Shown piece by piece: positions 63,238-64,000 of a DNA stretch of 64,000 nt. The stretch spans positions 9,238,001 to 9,302,000 of the forward strand of contig OZ176050.1 in NCBI GenBank assembly GCA_964247055.1, read 5' to 3'. The position numbers and the translations under genes were made by a program. Every line of letters begins with the position of its first letter. The first letter of the stretch is position 1. This DNA comes from Paragordius varius. Lineage: Eukaryota > Animalia > Nematomorpha. The notes under the pieces were generated by a model. The model was not told where the DNA came from. It saw only the letters and a list, made by a program, of their open reading frames with translations, and did no database searches.

Positions 63238-64000
63238 ATGAATTTTTTGAACACTTTTTACACTGGTTTATATGATTCATTTGTGTCCATTGCGCATATA
63301 AATAATTATTTTAATAATTCACGGTCACAAATTGAGTATAGTTTCTATATAAAATATAGAATATCCATATTTAAAAGAGTTATTCAATGTTGCATTTTAA
63401 ATGGTTTAATATTTTGGTTCAGTATACTTGGGTTTTATAACGTCTTTTTGGTTTATCTTGAATATATTTTATCATTTTTATCAGGTATAAAACATATAAA
63501 TTTTTAGGTTTTTCAATCATTCAAACTTATTGGAAGTTTTTATTTGTTATTTTATCATGGTTATTTAAATCCTTGTGGATTTTACCCATGTTTATAGTTA
63601 GTCGTTTAATCAATTGTTTATGGTTTCAGGTAGTATCTCAATCATTTTCATATATAAAATTATTTTTGATTTAGTTTTATTTAATATATTTTTAATTTTA
63701 AAAGGACATTGCCGACGAATCTTATAAACGGATATATGGAAAACCTGTTTTAAGCGGAAATATAAGTCGCTTGATAGCGGACATCTTTTTTAGTTTGACT
63801 CAACAATCAATATTTCTCATTCAAGTTTATTATCATTAATATAAAGTCTTACCTTTTTTCTTATCTACCTATACCGCTAATTCCCAAATTTATTGCTCTG
63901 ATGCATTTTTCATTACTGTATTCGATATATTCTTTTGAATATAAATGGTACAATTTCGGTAAGCCTTCAAAATAATCATTTTTATTATATCATGGGAATA
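63238..64000 (+). CDS. EI24: EI24 (etoposide-induced protein 2.4, autophagy-associated membrane protein), 5' partial, intact copy
   Basis: Exons 63238-63484, 63508-63629, 63705-63824 and 63847-63958 (introns 23, 75 and 22 nt, then GTAAG running off the window). Translation [63 protein letters not shown] matches EI24. Confidence 0.9.

Noticed and set aside
1-64000. tRNA, rRNA, snRNA genes and telomeric repeats
   Set aside because: I recognised no diagnostic sequence by eye; a covariance-model search would be needed to exclude them fully.

Overview
This is very AT-rich eukaryotic, apparently animal, genomic DNA that is dense with DNA-transposon derivatives. The host genes I could reconstruct by hand, most of them invisible to the ORF track because of 20-27 nt introns, are: an intronless eIF4G (734-5140, +); a CNMamide-like neuropeptide precursor (41326-43925, +); NF-YA (46254-48488, -); eIF1A (58830-~59453, +); and the 5' part of an intact EI24 gene running off the window end (63238-64000, +). 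The main discovery lies between the eIF4G and EI24 parent genes. A second, 7-exon EI24 copy (25668-29610) has its last exon fused in frame to a duplicated eIF4G middle region (29611-30973). This predicts a multi-pass membrane protein carrying a MIF4G domain but no eIF4E-binding motif and no MA3 domain. All its splice sites are canonical. Its only 5' lesion is a 1-nt deletion, directly followed by a new in-frame ATG. The rest of the window is hAT, piggyBac-like, Tc1/mariner-like and foldback elements (several with perfect target-site duplications, often nested), a 4.2-kb palindromic element, and decayed RTE LINE pieces. I found no rRNA, tRNA or CRISPR.
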